64,000 bases of DNA. Origin: Oscillospiraceae bacterium (GTDB lineage Bacteria > Bacillota > Clostridia > Oscillospirales > Oscillospiraceae). The translations under genes were made by a program, and so were the position numbers. The stretch covers positions 72,844 to 136,843 of the forward strand of contig JAFQCV010000006.1 of assembly GCA_017416325.1 (NCBI GenBank), written 5' to 3'. This document shows, piece after piece, positions 35,183-45,700 of this stretch. The notes under the pieces were generated by a model, which saw only the letters and a program-made list of their open reading frames with translations, was not told where the DNA came from and did not search any database. Position 1 is the stretch's first letter. Each line of letters starts with the position of its first letter.

Positions 35183-35827
35183 TTATAGGCTGGTCAATTT
35201 CTCGTACAGCTCGTCAGCTGTATCTACGATGGCGATTGCTCCGGCATCGACCATGGCATTTACATTTCCGTATCCCCAGGAAACACCGATTGTAGGGATT
35301 CCATGGGCTGTTGCACCAATCACATCAAAGGCGGTATCGCCAACCATCCAAATGTTACTGGCATCATCAAGCCTGGACAGAAGGTATGCGATAACTTTGG
35401 ATTTTTCATCCCGACTGCCATCCGCGGTTGCTCCGCAAATTTCATCAAAGTACCGGGACAGCTGGAATTTATCCATGATTTCTATGGCGGTAACTTCCGG
35501 TTTAGAGGTCGCGACTACCAAAGAGTACCCAAGCACCCGCAGCTTTTCTAACATTTGTGGAATTCCGGGGTAGGGGGAGTTCTCGAATTTTCCGATTGTA
35601 TTATAGCGGCTACGGTAGACAAGAATGGCTTCTTCTACACGATTTGCCGGCACTCCATGTTCGATGAAAGTATCCCGAAGAGGCGGGCCGACAAACACTC
35701 TGAGGGCCTGTCTGTCAGGAACAGGCAGTGAAAAATGACGAAGGGTCATTTCCACTGAGTTAAGGATACCTTCACCGGAATCGGTCAATGTGCCGTCCAA
35801 ATCAAAGATAATACGTTTTTGTGACAT
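35183..35827 (-). CDS. HAD hydrolase, phosphoglycolate phosphatase / 5'-nucleotidase-like
   Basis: FDLDGTLTDS, VGPPL, ATSKP, MVGD..FDV.GA, WGYG. Confidence 0.88.
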   Translation of the reverse strand: MSQKRIIFDLDGTLTDSGEGILNSVEMTLRHFSLPVPDRQALRVFVGPPLRDTFIEHGVPANRVEEAILVYRSRYNTIGKFENSPYPGIPQMLEKLRVLGYSLVVATSKPEVTAIEIMDKFQLSRYFDEICGATADGSRDEKSKVIAYLLSRLDDASNIWMVGDTAFDVIGATAHGIPTIGVSWGYGNVNAMVDAGAIAIVDTADELYEKLTSL

Positions 35828-35972
35828 GATAGATACCTCTTACAGGAAAGAATCGCGTCTTTTCTCCAATATAGCACAGTAAAACTCAGAATACAAGTGT
35901 GCAAATAACTTGACATCTGTGCGTATTTGTGCAAAAATACAAAAAGTACCATTTTCCGTTGAGGAGGAAGTT

Positions 35973-36815
35973 ATGAGAGAAATATCTGTTCACAAAATTA
36001 CGGAAGTTATCGAGAGAATGTGTATTGAAGCCAATACGCAGCTTCCGGGAGATGTCAAGTGCGCAATTGAAACTTGCCGCGCCTGTGAGGATGGCAGCAT
36101 TGCCAAAGGTGTTTTGGATAAGATTATTGAAAATTACAATATTGCAGGTCAGGAAAATGTACCTATTTGTCAGGATACCGGTATGGCTTGTGTATTTTTG
36201 GAGATCGGACAGGATGTGCATTTTATTGACGGCAATTTGGCGGATGCGGTTGATGAAGGTGTTCGCCGTGGTTATACCAATGGCTATTTACGCAAATCTG
36301 TGGTAGCAGACCCCATTCGCCGGGGAAATACCGGTGATAATACCCCTGCCATGCTTTACACAGAAATCGTACCGGGCGATCAGGTGAAAATCACCGTGGG
36401 TCCCAAAGGCTTTGGCAGTGAGAATATGAGTCAGCTCCGTATGTTTAAGCCTTCTGCCGGGTTACAGGGCATCAAGGATTTCATCCTAGAGGTCGTTGAA
36501 GCTGCAGGTCCTAATCCCTGTCCTCCGATCGTTGTGGGGGTAGGCGTTGGCGGTACTTTTGACAAAGCTGCGCTGCTTGCAAAAAAGGCGATCATGCGTC
36601 CTCTTGACCAGCGGAATCCGGATCCTTTTTATGCTGACTTGGAAGCAGAGATGCTGGAAAAGGTCAATGCCCTCGGTATTGGCCCCCAAGGTTTCGGCGG
36701 TAAGACAACCGCAATCGCTTTGAATATTGAAACTATGGCAACACATATTGCCGGCATGCCCTGCGCGGTAAATATCAACTGCCATGTAACCAGACATAAG
36801 ACGGAGGTGCTGTAA
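35973..36815 (+). CDS. class I fumarate hydratase / tartrate dehydratase alpha subunit (Fe-S)
   Basis: PICQDTG, YLRKSVV.DP, NT.DNTP, KGFGSEN, PNPCPP, GPQG.GG, HIA..P.A.N..CH..RH. Confidence 0.9.
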   Translation: MREISVHKITEVIERMCIEANTQLPGDVKCAIETCRACEDGSIAKGVLDKIIENYNIAGQENVPICQDTGMACVFLEIGQDVHFIDGNLADAVDEGVRRGYTNGYLRKSVVADPIRRGNTGDNTPAMLYTEIVPGDQVKITVGPKGFGSENMSQLRMFKPSAGLQGIKDFILEVVEAAGPNPCPPIVVGVGVGGTFDKAALLAKKAIMRPLDQRNPDPFYADLEAEMLEKVNALGIGPQGFGGKTTAIALNIETMATHIAGMPCAVNINCHVTRHKTEVL

Positions 36816-36817
36816 AA

Positions 36818-37375
36818 ATGGAAAAGCACATTACACTGCCGTTAACGCCGGAATTGGCAAAGACCCTGAAAGCCGGCGATACCGTATATTTGACCGGTAC
36901 GATCTATACATCCCGGGATGCCGGACATAAAAGGATGTGCGAAGCCTTGGCCAGGGGAGAGGAGCTGCCCTTTGATCCGGAGAATACCACGATCTACTAT
37001 GTAGGCCCCACACCGGCTAAGCCCGGTCAGGTTATCGGTTCTGCCGGACCCACCACCTCCGGCCGTATGGATGCCTATGCGCCCACGATGCTGTCTGTGG
37101 GTGCCCGTGGCATGATCGGCAAGGGTGCTCGCTTGCCTGAAGTGGTCGAAGCAATGAAAAAATATAGCGGTGTCTATTTTGGCGCCATTGGCGGTGCCGG
37201 TGCGCTGCTTGCCAAGTGTATCAAAAGCTGCGAGCTGATCGCCTATGAGGATCTTGGCGCTGAGGCGCTTCGGAAGCTGTATGTAGAAGAAATGCCTGTA
37301 TTTGTGATCATTGATTGCGAAGGTAATGATCTGTATAAGATGGGCCGCGCGGAATACTTAGCAGATAAAAAGTAA
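36818..37375 (+). CDS. class I fumarate hydratase / tartrate dehydratase beta subunit
   Basis: RDAGHKR, YY.GP.P, GPTTS.RMD, IGKG, GGAGAL, DLG.EA. Confidence 0.9.
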   Translation: MEKHITLPLTPELAKTLKAGDTVYLTGTIYTSRDAGHKRMCEALARGEELPFDPENTTIYYVGPTPAKPGQVIGSAGPTTSGRMDAYAPTMLSVGARGMIGKGARLPEVVEAMKKYSGVYFGAIGGAGALLAKCIKSCELIAYEDLGAEALRKLYVEEMPVFVIIDCEGNDLYKMGRAEYLADKK

Positions 37376-37388
37376 GGGAGAGATTTTT

Positions 37389-37694
37389 ATGCCGATGATT
37401 GCTACTGCGTTTGAAACCGTTATGATTATTTGTTTTGGTCTGAGCTGGCCATTTTCTGTGTATAAATCCTGGAAATCCAGAACGGCCAAAGGTAAGAGTT
37501 TGCAATTTGAGATTTTTTTGTGGATTGGCTATGTATTTGGAATTGCGAAGAATTTTGTCTTGTATGCCAACGGAACTAACAGCTGGATCTTTTTCCTTGG
37601 TTGGGGGTTCTATTTCGTGAATTTTGCGATGATTACGGTAGATATGATTTTGTACTTCCGTAATGCAAGGCTGGACAAGTTAGCTATGAAATAA
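37389..37694 (+). CDS. PQ-loop / SemiSWEET-like small membrane protein
   Basis: CFG.SWP.S..KS...RTAKGKS..F; three TM helices. Confidence 0.7.
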   Translation: MPMIATAFETVMIICFGLSWPFSVYKSWKSRTAKGKSLQFEIFLWIGYVFGIAKNFVLYANGTNSWIFFLGWGFYFVNFAMITVDMILYFRNARLDKLAMK

Positions 37695-37700
37695 ATAGTT

Positions 37701-37727
37701 GCCGGCTGCTTTTGTTGAGCAGCCGGT
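37701..37727 (+). terminator. hairpin (probable terminator) before tRNA-Ser
   Basis: gccggctgct-(tttgttg)-agcagccggt. Confidence 0.5.
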
Positions 37728-37770
37728 ATACTTGACTTTTATAGTCCCGGATGGTATAGTTTAAGCCGAT

Positions 37771-37859
37771 GGAGAGTTGTCCGAGCGGTTTAAGGAGCTA
37801 GTCTTGAAAACTAGTGATTCCGAAAGGAACCTAGGGTTCGAATCCCTAACTCTCCGCCA
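37771..37859 (+). tRNA. tRNA-Ser (anticodon TGA)
   Basis: GGAGAGTTGTCCGAGCGGTTTAAGGAG, anticodon arm CTAGT-CTTGAAA-ACTAG, long variable arm, GGTTCGAATCC, encoded CCA; TTGACT/TATAGT promoter upstream. Confidence 0.97.
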
Positions 37860-37890
37860 AACAACAAATCCACCCCAAATGGGTGGATTT

Positions 37891-37993
37891 CAGACCGTAG
37901 AAAACCCCTGTTTTGCGCTATGCAAGGCAGGGGTTTTTCTACGGTCTGACCCTTGTTTTGCATTAAGCAAGACAAGGGTTTTTATATGGTCTG
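37891..37993. repeat. tandem palindromic element (CAGACCGTAGAAAA...TTTTCTACGGTCTG plus a degenerate second copy); possible IS-end/MITE remnant
   Basis: Long hairpin at 37891-37948, then acccttgttttgc..gcaagacaagggtttttatatggtctg. Confidence 0.55.
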
Positions 37994-38043
37994 CAGTTAG
38001 AACATAGTTCCAACTGGATTTTTGCGGAGTGAGCAGTTTCTAT

Positions 38044-38850
38044 TTACATATTCCTAAAGTTGCGACGGTATTGAAGTGGTGTGCAGCCGGTCGTCTCTTT
38101 AAAGACTCTACTAAAGTAGGACGCACTGCTGAAACCGCATTTTTCGCTGATTTGAGAGACGGAGGCATTGGTGGTTTCCAATTCTCCTTTGGCAAGGACG
38201 ATCCGTGTGTTAAGAATATATTCCATCACTGTCTGCCCTGTGTGATATTTGAATTGCCGGCAGAAATGGTACTTACTCGTATTGACAGCCCGGCAAACTC
38301 TATCAATATCCAGGGTATCAGCAATATTCTCGTTGATAAACTGGATCGCTTTGCTTATATAGCCGTTGCCAGCGGCTGTACTCTCCGCGGCGTAAATTTT
38401 TAAATAGTACAGTAAACGCAGAACGCAGGACAAAAGCACAGGATCTGTACCGCTGCGGTTTTTGCAGGCTGCCGCTTCTTCAAAAATACTGTCCACTGCT
38501 GCTTGTTCCTCGGGTGGGATCTGCGCATAGAACACTGACCGATCAAAAACATCTAGGTATTCTTCATCGCCACGCAACAATGCTCTGACTTTAGTGTATT
38601 TCTGTTTGGATAAGATCAGCTTGCTCCGGTTGTAGGTTTCCGGTATCTCCGGCATTGTGTAGTGGTAGGTTCCTGGGCTTATCAGTACCAGCGCGCCTTT
38701 TTTTATGGGGAAGATCCGCTCCTTGGTCACGATGCTGCCACCATCGGAGTATACATACATAAATAGTGGTCTCCAGGTGGTATGCCAGGTTTTATACATA
38801 CGATCTTTGCCTATTTCATGATATAACAGTGTATCATACATATTTATCAC
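38044..38850 (-). CDS. AraC-family regulator divergent from the nan genes
   Basis: C-terminal SKYHFCRQFK..TG...EYI...RI, CGFSSASYFSRVFK..TG.TP.QYR. Confidence 0.9.
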   Translation of the reverse strand: MINMYDTLLYHEIGKDRMYKTWHTTWRPLFMYVYSDGGSIVTKERIFPIKKGALVLISPGTYHYTMPEIPETYNRSKLILSKQKYTKVRALLRGDEEYLDVFDRSVFYAQIPPEEQAAVDSIFEEAAACKNRSGTDPVLLSCVLRLLYYLKIYAAESTAAGNGYISKAIQFINENIADTLDIDRVCRAVNTSKYHFCRQFKYHTGQTVMEYILNTRIVLAKGELETTNASVSQISEKCGFSSASYFSRVFKETTGCTPLQYRRNFRNM

Positions 38851-38975
38851 CCCCTAATATTCTACCACAACTTTTTGCAAAAAGCAACTACAGTAAATTA
38901 TGAGGCAATAATTGCCTATATTTTGGACTATTTTACTGGTATAATGACAGTAACTGTAAAAATGGAGGGAATTGC

Positions 38976-39911
38976 ATGCAAATTCTGGCTTTGGATGTAG
39001 GTGGAACAGCGATCAAATCCGCACTGATCGGACCGGATGATATACTGCGGGATCAGCAGATATCTCCTTCGAAACCAGCACCGGCCCAGATACTGACAGA
39101 AATGGCGGCCGATGTGGCTAAGTCCTATGAGGATTACGATGTTCTGGCGGTTTCCATGACTGGTCAAATCGACCATAAACGTCAAATGACCCTTGCCCGG
39201 AGCAATGGCTTTTCCTTTGAAGCTATACAGTTTCCGGTAGGGGAGGCACTGCGGCGGCAAGTGAAGCGGCCTGTGTTCGTGCTCAATGATGCTAACGCCG
39301 CTACCCTCGGCGAAGCCTGTTACGGGGCGGGTAGGAACTATCGGAATTTTATATGTATCACGTACGGCACCGGTGTAGGCGGTGGGATCATCCAAAACGG
39401 TGTCCTGCTGACAGGTCACCAGGGAATCGCTGGGGAGCTGGGCCATATGTCCATCCATGCTGGCGGTCGCAGATGTCGTTGCGGACGCCGTGGGTGCTAT
39501 CAAGAATACGCCTCCACCACCGCTCTGCTGCGCCAGGCCAGAAAGATTTTCCCAGAGCTGGAAAACGGCCGGGAGCTTATGGACCGGTTGCCCGGCGAAC
39601 CACGGCTGCAGCGGGTGTTGGACAAATGGATCGGAGAGGTCGCCGAAGGACTTTGTAATTTTGCCTATATTTTTGATCCGGACTGTTTTGTACTGGGTGG
39701 CGGTGTGATGGAGCGGCAGGATATCCTGGAACGTGTACGGCGACGTTTTCAAAAAACGGTTATCCCATCCTTTGCCGGTATTCAGATCCAGAGGGCAGAG
39801 TTGGGGAATAACGCCGGTATGCTGGGTGCCGCAGCCTATGCTCGGTGGGCATTGACCGATAATAAAGAAGGCGAGCAAATTAGTTGCATGATGAAGGAAG
39901 GATTGTTATGA
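38976..39911 (+). CDS. nanK: ROK-family sugar kinase, probable N-acetylmannosamine kinase
   Basis: DVGGT, NDANAA.LGE, GTGVGGG, AGELGH, C.CG..GC..EY; context with nanE and nanA. Confidence 0.8.
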   Translation: MQILALDVGGTAIKSALIGPDDILRDQQISPSKPAPAQILTEMAADVAKSYEDYDVLAVSMTGQIDHKRQMTLARSNGFSFEAIQFPVGEALRRQVKRPVFVLNDANAATLGEACYGAGRNYRNFICITYGTGVGGGIIQNGVLLTGHQGIAGELGHMSIHAGGRRCRCGRRGCYQEYASTTALLRQARKIFPELENGRELMDRLPGEPRLQRVLDKWIGEVAEGLCNFAYIFDPDCFVLGGGVMERQDILERVRRRFQKTVIPSFAGIQIQRAELGNNAGMLGAAAYARWALTDNKEGEQISCMMKEGLL

Positions 39912-40600
39912 AAAAACAGGAACTGATAAATAAAATTCAGGGCGGGCTCATTGTATCCTGCCAAGCGCTGGAGGATGAGCCACTGCATAGCAGCTTCATT
40001 ATGGGCAGGATGGCCTATGCCGCCCAACTTGGTGGTGCGGTAGGTATCCGCGCCAACTCGGTGGAGGATATCCGGGAGATTCAGAAGACGACGGATCTTC
40101 CTATTATCGGTATTATCAAGAAAGTCTATCCTGGCTGTAAAGCCAAAATCACTCCTACCATTGCTGAGGTAGATGCTTTGGTGCAGACAGGTGTAGAGAT
40201 TATCGCAATGGATGCATCCACCCGTCCCCGTCCCGATGGCCGGTCTGTGGCAGAGACCTTTCCGCCCATCCGGGAAAAATATCCCGAACAGCTGTTTATG
40301 GCAGACTGTGCCACCTATGAAGAAGCTCTCCGGGCGGAAAAATTGGGCTTCGACTTCATTGGTACAACACTGAACGGCTACACCGACGATACCCGGCATA
40401 TGCCACCCCCCAATTTTGATTTTATGCATCAGCTGGCCACAGGGTTGCAGACCCCGGTGATCGCCGAGGGTGGTATCTTCTCCCCGGAACAGCTGCGGCA
40501 AGCGATGGATCAAGGTGTTTTGGCCTGTGTTGTCGGCTCCGCCATCACGCGTCCCATGAAAATTACAGAACATTATGTGAAAGTATTGAGAAAGGATTGA
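39908..40600 (+). CDS. nanE: N-acetylmannosamine-6-phosphate 2-epimerase
   Basis: LIVSCQAL..EPL, GIRAN, PIIGIIK, ITPT, GTTL.GYT, IAEG, VVGSAITRP. Confidence 0.95.
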   Translation: MKKQELINKIQGGLIVSCQALEDEPLHSSFIMGRMAYAAQLGGAVGIRANSVEDIREIQKTTDLPIIGIIKKVYPGCKAKITPTIAEVDALVQTGVEIIAMDASTRPRPDGRSVAETFPPIREKYPEQLFMADCATYEEALRAEKLGFDFIGTTLNGYTDDTRHMPPPNFDFMHQLATGLQTPVIAEGGIFSPEQLRQAMDQGVLACVVGSAITRPMKITEHYVKVLRKD

Positions 40601-40605
40601 TCACA

Positions 40606-41517
40606 ATGGCAGTGCTCGAAAAGTTTACCGGAGTATTCCCGGCATTTTACGCTTGTTATGATGATAACGGAGAAATTTCCAGAGAGCGGGCTTCCAAGCT
40701 GGCAGAATTTTATCAACAGATGGGAATCCGCGGTCTGTATGTCACCGGTAGTTCCGGCGAGTGTGTATTCCACACCGTAGAGGAGCGGAAAGCCACTCTG
40801 GAGGCAGTAATGGACGCTGTGGGAGGCAAAATGACCGTCATTGCCCACATCGCAGCTCCTGCCACACGGGATAGCATAGAGTTGGCCCGCCACGCAGAAA
40901 AACTGGGTGTGGATGCCATTGCCATGGTCCCGGGTTTCTACTACGGCTTGAAGGTTCCCGTGGTGCGTAAATATTGGCAGGATGTTTTGGATGCCACAGA
41001 CGCCGTACCTATGTTCATTTATAACATTCCCGGCACCACCAACGGCTTTAATCTTTCTGTGGAGCTGCTGACAGAAATGCTCCAGACCGGGCGGGTCGCA
41101 GGTGTGAAGAACTCCTCCGGAGCGGTACAGGACATTCTCCGCTTCCGCATGGCTGGCGGCGAGGATATGGCCATCTTTAACGGCCCGGACGAGCAGTATC
41201 TGGCGGGCCGGATGATGGGCGCTTCCGGCGGTATCGGCGGTACATACGGCTTTATGCCGGAGCTGTTTATGAAGCTGGAAACCTTGATCCGCAACAAAGA
41301 CATGGAAAGGGCTGCAGCACTGCAAAAGGAGATTTCCGGTTTGATTTATGAAATAGTAAAGACCGGCTCCCTCTACGCCGCTGCCAAAGAAGTGTTGCGA
41401 TTGCGTGGTATGGAGCTAGGGGATGTTCGGGCTCCATTCCTGCCTTTGGATGAAAACGGTAATGCCATCGTCCGCGAGGTCTATGACAGGATCCAGGATG
41501 TTATGGCGCGTTATTAA
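40606..41517 (+). CDS. nanA: N-acetylneuraminate lyase (DapA family)
   Basis: GLYV.GSSGEC, IYNIP (catalytic Tyr), GVKNSS (Schiff-base Lys), FNGPDE, GGIGGTY. Confidence 0.88.
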   Translation: MAVLEKFTGVFPAFYACYDDNGEISRERASKLAEFYQQMGIRGLYVTGSSGECVFHTVEERKATLEAVMDAVGGKMTVIAHIAAPATRDSIELARHAEKLGVDAIAMVPGFYYGLKVPVVRKYWQDVLDATDAVPMFIYNIPGTTNGFNLSVELLTEMLQTGRVAGVKNSSGAVQDILRFRMAGGEDMAIFNGPDEQYLAGRMMGASGGIGGTYGFMPELFMKLETLIRNKDMERAAALQKEISGLIYEIVKTGSLYAAAKEVLRLRGMELGDVRAPFLPLDENGNAIVREVYDRIQDVMARY

Positions 41518-41534
41518 GAAAGGATGGATAAACC

Positions 41535-42632
41535 TTGAAGATCATCGGGGGTAACGTATTTGGTTCCGATCATCAGATGCATAATAAGGAACTTTGCTTT
41601 GAAAACGGTATCATCACAGAATCGTCCGCCGAAGGCGTCTACGACGCTACCGATTGCTATGTTCTGCCCGGTTTGATCGACACTCACATCCACGGTGCCC
41701 GGGGGATTGGTTTTTACTGGTCAAAAGAAAATCTGCTACCAGCGCTGGATTGGTTAACGCAGCAAGGCATTACCGGTATTTTACCCACCACCTGCAGCGA
41801 GACACCGGAGGAACTGGAGGAAGATATCCGCAGGTTAGCAACGTTTCCCGATGACCGGATTTTGGGTATTCATGCCGAAGGTCCATTTCTTAACCCCGCC
41901 AACCGGGGAGGGATGCGGGAAAACCGGATTCAACCGCCCAATGTGGACACCTTGCAGCGAATGTACGATGCCAGTGAAGGAAAACTGAGGATTCTCACCA
42001 TTGCTCCGGAAATGGAGGGAGCAGATGCGGTGATCGATCGGTGTCTGGAACTGGGGGTTCAGGTCTCTATGGGGCATACCAGTGCCTCTTATGCCTGTGC
42101 CAATGCTGCTGTGAATCGTGGCGTAACCCGACTGACACACACATTTAACGGTATGCGAGGCTTCAATCACCGAGAGCCGGGCGTTCTGGGCTGCGGTCTG
42201 GAAGATGACCGGGTAATGTGCGAGTTGATTTGCGATCTATATCACGTGACCGCCCCGGCTATCCGGCTGGCTATTCGGACAAAAGGTCACGAAAACATCA
42301 CTATGATCAGCGACGGTTCCCGTTTCTCCGGGGTAGGAGACGGGGAGTATTTCCAAGGGGATCGTATCCTTTATGTAAAAGACGGTCTTTGCACCCTGGC
42401 AGACGGTACTATCTCCGGCAGTTCCCGCTGTCTCAGTGACGGCGCTCAGAATCTCTTCCGGTTAGGCTATACCCCGGCACAGATTGCAGTGATGGCCGCG
42501 GTAAATCCGGCGAAAGCCTGCGGCTGTACTGACCGGGGCGAGCTGATTCCCGGCTGCCGGGCAGATATTGTGGTATTCGACGAAGCTTTCCGGGTAAAAG
42601 CAGTTTTTTTGAAGGGACAACAGGTGGTTTGA
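41535..42632 (+). CDS. nagA: N-acetylglucosamine-6-phosphate deacetylase
   Basis: PGLIDTHIHG, HAEGPF, TIAPE, GHT, THTFNGM, HREPG, NPA; TTG start. Confidence 0.9.
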   Translation: MKIIGGNVFGSDHQMHNKELCFENGIITESSAEGVYDATDCYVLPGLIDTHIHGARGIGFYWSKENLLPALDWLTQQGITGILPTTCSETPEELEEDIRRLATFPDDRILGIHAEGPFLNPANRGGMRENRIQPPNVDTLQRMYDASEGKLRILTIAPEMEGADAVIDRCLELGVQVSMGHTSASYACANAAVNRGVTRLTHTFNGMRGFNHREPGVLGCGLEDDRVMCELICDLYHVTAPAIRLAIRTKGHENITMISDGSRFSGVGDGEYFQGDRILYVKDGLCTLADGTISGSSRCLSDGAQNLFRLGYTPAQIAVMAAVNPAKACGCTDRGELIPGCRADIVVFDEAFRVKAVFLKGQQVV

Positions 42633-42777
42633 TAGATTCATAACCATCGGTGCTGTAAGAAAATGGATAGAGTCCCGGAGCTTCCCGCGCGGACTTAAAT
42701 CTGCTATAATATTGACATATAATGCATATGTACGTGCTTTGCGCGTGTCCATTAATTTCCTATGAGAGGTGAAGAAT

Positions 42778-45700
42778 ATGAAGCGATTTCAAAGAGTGAA
42801 CGCCTTCATCCTGGCCCTGGCGCTGTTTATGAGCATGATTCCTGCTGGAGTCTTGGAACTAAAGACAGTTGCTGCGGAGCCAGACCCCGATTTGGGGAAG
42901 ACCTTCCTACATGCGGCATACGCTGCAACGGAGGTTGTAGTTGACGGTGAGTTGGATACCATCTACCGACTGGATGTTCCTGTCGGTACATTGCGCATTG
43001 GTGCGGCCTGGGATCTGACAAACCTGTATCTGGCGGTCAACAGCGATAATACCGCTAACGTTACCATAATGGTCAATGGTGAAACGGTTACCGGCGGCGT
43101 TGCAGCGGGCAATTCCTGCACGGAGTACAAGATCTCCCTGACGGTCGCCAAGATCAATGATCTTACCGGAAGCAACACCTTGACTGTTCAGGTTGGTGAT
43201 GCTACGCCTGTGGAACTGCAGTTGGTACTCAGTGTTAACCAATATGCGCAGGCGGTTTACATGGAACCGGCTAATGGCGCTACTCCCGGCGGTCAGACGA
43301 GCGCTGCGGGCTCTATTACAAAGGGAACAGCTATGATCCTAAATGCAAACAGCGCTAGTCAGGGCAGCCTGGCAAAGAACCAGACTGCTGCCGAGGCATC
43401 TACGGAAACTACCACGGTCTTTGAGTTTGATGTTTCTGATTTGACACTTCCCAATACGTCCACCGTTACTAATATAGGTGATAACGGGTGGTCAATCGGT
43501 CGTTATTTTTGCTCAGGCGGTCTGTCTGTGACGTTCCGTGACGATTTGGACAGCGGCACATCGGCTTTTCTGCTTAGTCTGTCAAATAAGAACGGGAGTC
43601 CTGTCCTTACTTACTTTGATAATGGGAGCGCAAACGGCTGGGTAGAGGCAGCGCTGACTGCTGCGGATAAATACCATGTCCGTGTGGAGCTGAGCTATAC
43701 TGACGATGCTGCACCCATCGGCACACTGGATATGAATGATACGGTTTCTGCCAAGTATTTTGTCAATGGCGAGTGTGTTGCTGAGGGCAATAGCGTCAGA
43801 CAGAGTGGTGGTAGTAAAGGAACCTCTTTAAAAAATGTTGCCCAGTTTTTTACCGCGAAAAAAACCGGACTCCAAGTGACAGTATCCGATGTTTCCGTAA
43901 CCAAGATCGATCCTACAGCTTATAACGATCTGGTTAAAGTTAAGGAAGTCATGGATCTGATCGATGGCATTGGCGATACTGTGACTCTCAGCAGCAAGGA
44001 CACTATCAACGCAGCCAGCGAGGCTTATGATGCTCTGAGCTCTGCAGTCAAGCCCCTGGTGGCAAATGTGCAAAAACTGGAAGATGCCAAAGCTGAGCTG
44101 AATGCATTGGAGAACAGCTATCTCCTTGCAATGTTCTCTGCCACCGAGATGACATTGGACGGCAAGGCTGACGAGGCAATCTACACACGGGCTGTTTGGC
44201 TGTCTGATACCCTGAGGGCCAGCCTGGCTTGGGACACCAAGAACCTGTATCTGGCGTTTACCGATACCAATACTCCCAATGTTTCCAACCTGGTGATCAA
44301 CAATAAAGCTGTGACCGTTACCGGCGATAACAGTAAGACCACCACCGGTGTTCGGGAGCTCCGGATTCCGCTGAATACGGTGGATATCACAGACTTAACC
44401 AAAATTTATCCGATTTCTTTCCAAATTGGCGGTCTCACTTGGGCTGGCAAGGTGGTATTTGATACCACTGCCTTTGAGACAATAAGCATTAAAGATGCGA
44501 ATAACGGCGCAATCAAAGAACAAGATGACAAGGTTGTTGTTATCAAGGATCTGACAGCCAGATCTACCATAAATGCCGGTGCAAATTTGGATGTGTGGAA
44601 TGCTTCCACAGCGGCTGCTACCGTTCTGGAGTTCGATCTGGATATCAACAGCCTGCCTGAAACATCTACACAGGATTACTCCTCCCGGTATGTGGGCACA
44701 GGTTTGAACGTCCTGGTCATGGACGACCTGGTTACCAAAGGCCAAGACGGTAATGTAAATCAGGCATTTAAGTTTGGCTTCTTCAAGCAAGGCGGCGTTA
44801 TCCAGTTGGGCCATGCGGCTGACGGAGAGCACAGATTTGTTGTTGTGGATGATAACGACAATGGGAAGTTCCATGTCCGTGTAGAATACAGCTATGCTGA
44901 AGATGCGGAAAAGACTGTTACTGCCAAGTATTTTGTTAACGATGTGCTGGTAGCCACAGGCGAAAATGTCCGGGTAAATACCGTCGGCCTCGGCACAACA
45001 GGCGGCAAAAAGGTCTCCCTAAGAGTTGACAGCGCAAATATGGACGCAGTTTTGTCCAATTTGTCTATTTCTAAGACTAACCCCACCTTGGTTCAGGATC
45101 TGACCGTCCGTGTGGAAGAGTTAGAGCGGATGATCGAGGCCATCGGTCCTGTGACGATGGACAGAGCCGATTACATTGGCGAAGTCTTGGATCGATTCAA
45201 CCAGTTGAGTGCTGTCGCGCAGAAGCTGGTTAAGAATGTGAATGTTCTGCAGGATGCCGTTACTCAGCTGAATCAGCTGGAGAACAGCTATCTCCATGCT
45301 GTATTTGTACCTGTTTCCGTGGTCGTGGACGGCAAGGCTGATGAGCCTGTTTTCCGTCGGAATCTGATTCTGGGCGCCACCGAGTTTGGCGCTGCCTGGG
45401 ATGCTAAGTACCTGTATCTTTGCTTTGCGGGCACCACAACACCCAATGTTACCGAGCTGAAGATCAACGGTAAGACCGTGAATACTGCCGGTGTTACCGG
45501 TACAGGTGTCCGGGAGATCCAGGTTGCATTGAAAGACCTGGGCATTACAAGCCTCACCGTGCCTTATGCGATCTCCTTTAAGATCGGCGTTCAGACTTGG
45601 TCCGGCAAGCTGGTGTTGGATAATGTAGACTTTGGTTCTGTACCTCATGACAATCTGTATTACGCCGCCACTGGCACGCAGGATAAGCTGTCCTTTACTC

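Noticed and set aside
38928-41325. Antisense ORFs of 316, 245 and 250 aa over nanK/nanE/nanA
   Set aside because: Fully overlap well-supported enzymes and show no domain signatures.
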